This document shows positions 63,376 to 64,000 of a DNA stretch of 64,000 nucleotides, piece after piece (within the stretch, counting starts at the first letter, position 1; each line of letters starts with the position of its first letter). Source of the stretch: Callorhinchus milii (taxonomy: Eukaryota); assembly GCF_018977255.1 (NCBI RefSeq), contig NW_024704743.1, positions 109,866,001-109,930,000 of the forward strand, in the 5' to 3' direction. Both the position numbers and the translations under genes were made by a program. The notes under the pieces were generated by a model. The model had not been told where the DNA came from, searched no databases, and saw only the letters and a list, made by a program, of their open reading frames with translations.

Positions 63376-64000
63376 GATCTGACCTAGATTCAACATCAAC
63401 TGAGCCAGGCTGACACTTAATATAACTTAAGGTGGTTGCTTCTTTCTTCATAAAATAATGAAATTAGAACTAGTCCATATTGGTGCTTAAGCTTTACGCG
63501 AAGATCCACACTTCCCAATCCCTTCTCCCATATCCCTCTATTGTGGTCTCCTTCATTCATCCATCGAGATTCCTCTTCAATGCATTGACCCTTTCTGCTT
63601 TGATAACAGGTAATAAGTTAGTAACCCCCGCTAACCTACAAACAGCTTAAGGGAAAAGCTTATCTCCCACAGGAGGGATGAAACTCTGGGTATTTATTCT
63701 ATGAGTGTTGATTGTGGTGGCAAAGCTGCTCAGTCTTGTTGACTTGAACAATGTAGCCAGCCGATGCTCCTGTAAGAATGGAAAGTGTGAGCTCGCTTAC
63801 TCATTGTAACCATAGCGATGTGAGCCCTTTGCCTTTTGTCGGCAAGACTTGCAAGAGGAAAAAAAAACAAGTTATCGGAGAGCAAACCTTTGAGACGTTT
63901 GAACAACCCGGTTTTATGTTACAAGTCTTATCAATTGATTGGGTAGAATTACTTGTTTGAAGAGCTACATCCCACGCAGCTGACTTGAATTACTTAATTT

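Overview
Repeat-rich vertebrate genomic DNA with no prokaryotic operons or CRISPR arrays. The repeats (L2 LINEs with (TTG)n tails, tRNA-headed and Deu-domain SINEs sharing the L2 tail, CR1, Penelope-like elements) suggest a cartilaginous fish, possibly a chimaera; this is inference. The one host gene I recognise is TSNARE1 on the minus strand. Its first coding exon (14758-14882, MSYGAIDGSGFGARNPFGGPSRQGYQPV) is clear, a CpG-rich promoter candidate with an ACTACA-ZNF143 motif and an E-box lies at about 47.5-47.7 kb, and the SNARE-domain exons were not found here. Most of the rest is intron or intergenic sequence with young and old L2 copies, SINEs, a decayed CR1, a decayed Penelope-like element, a 3.1-kb internally deleted Helitron with a short non-autonomous relative, and an unclassified 350-400 bp repeat. 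The most notable fine-scale signals are minimal hammerhead-ribozyme cores in the Penelope-like termini, a 43-bp-arm hairpin, an exact 34-nt local duplication, covarying L2/SINE 3' stem-loops, two CTCF motifs and several candidate non-coding exons. I found no convincing wholly new multi-gene system.
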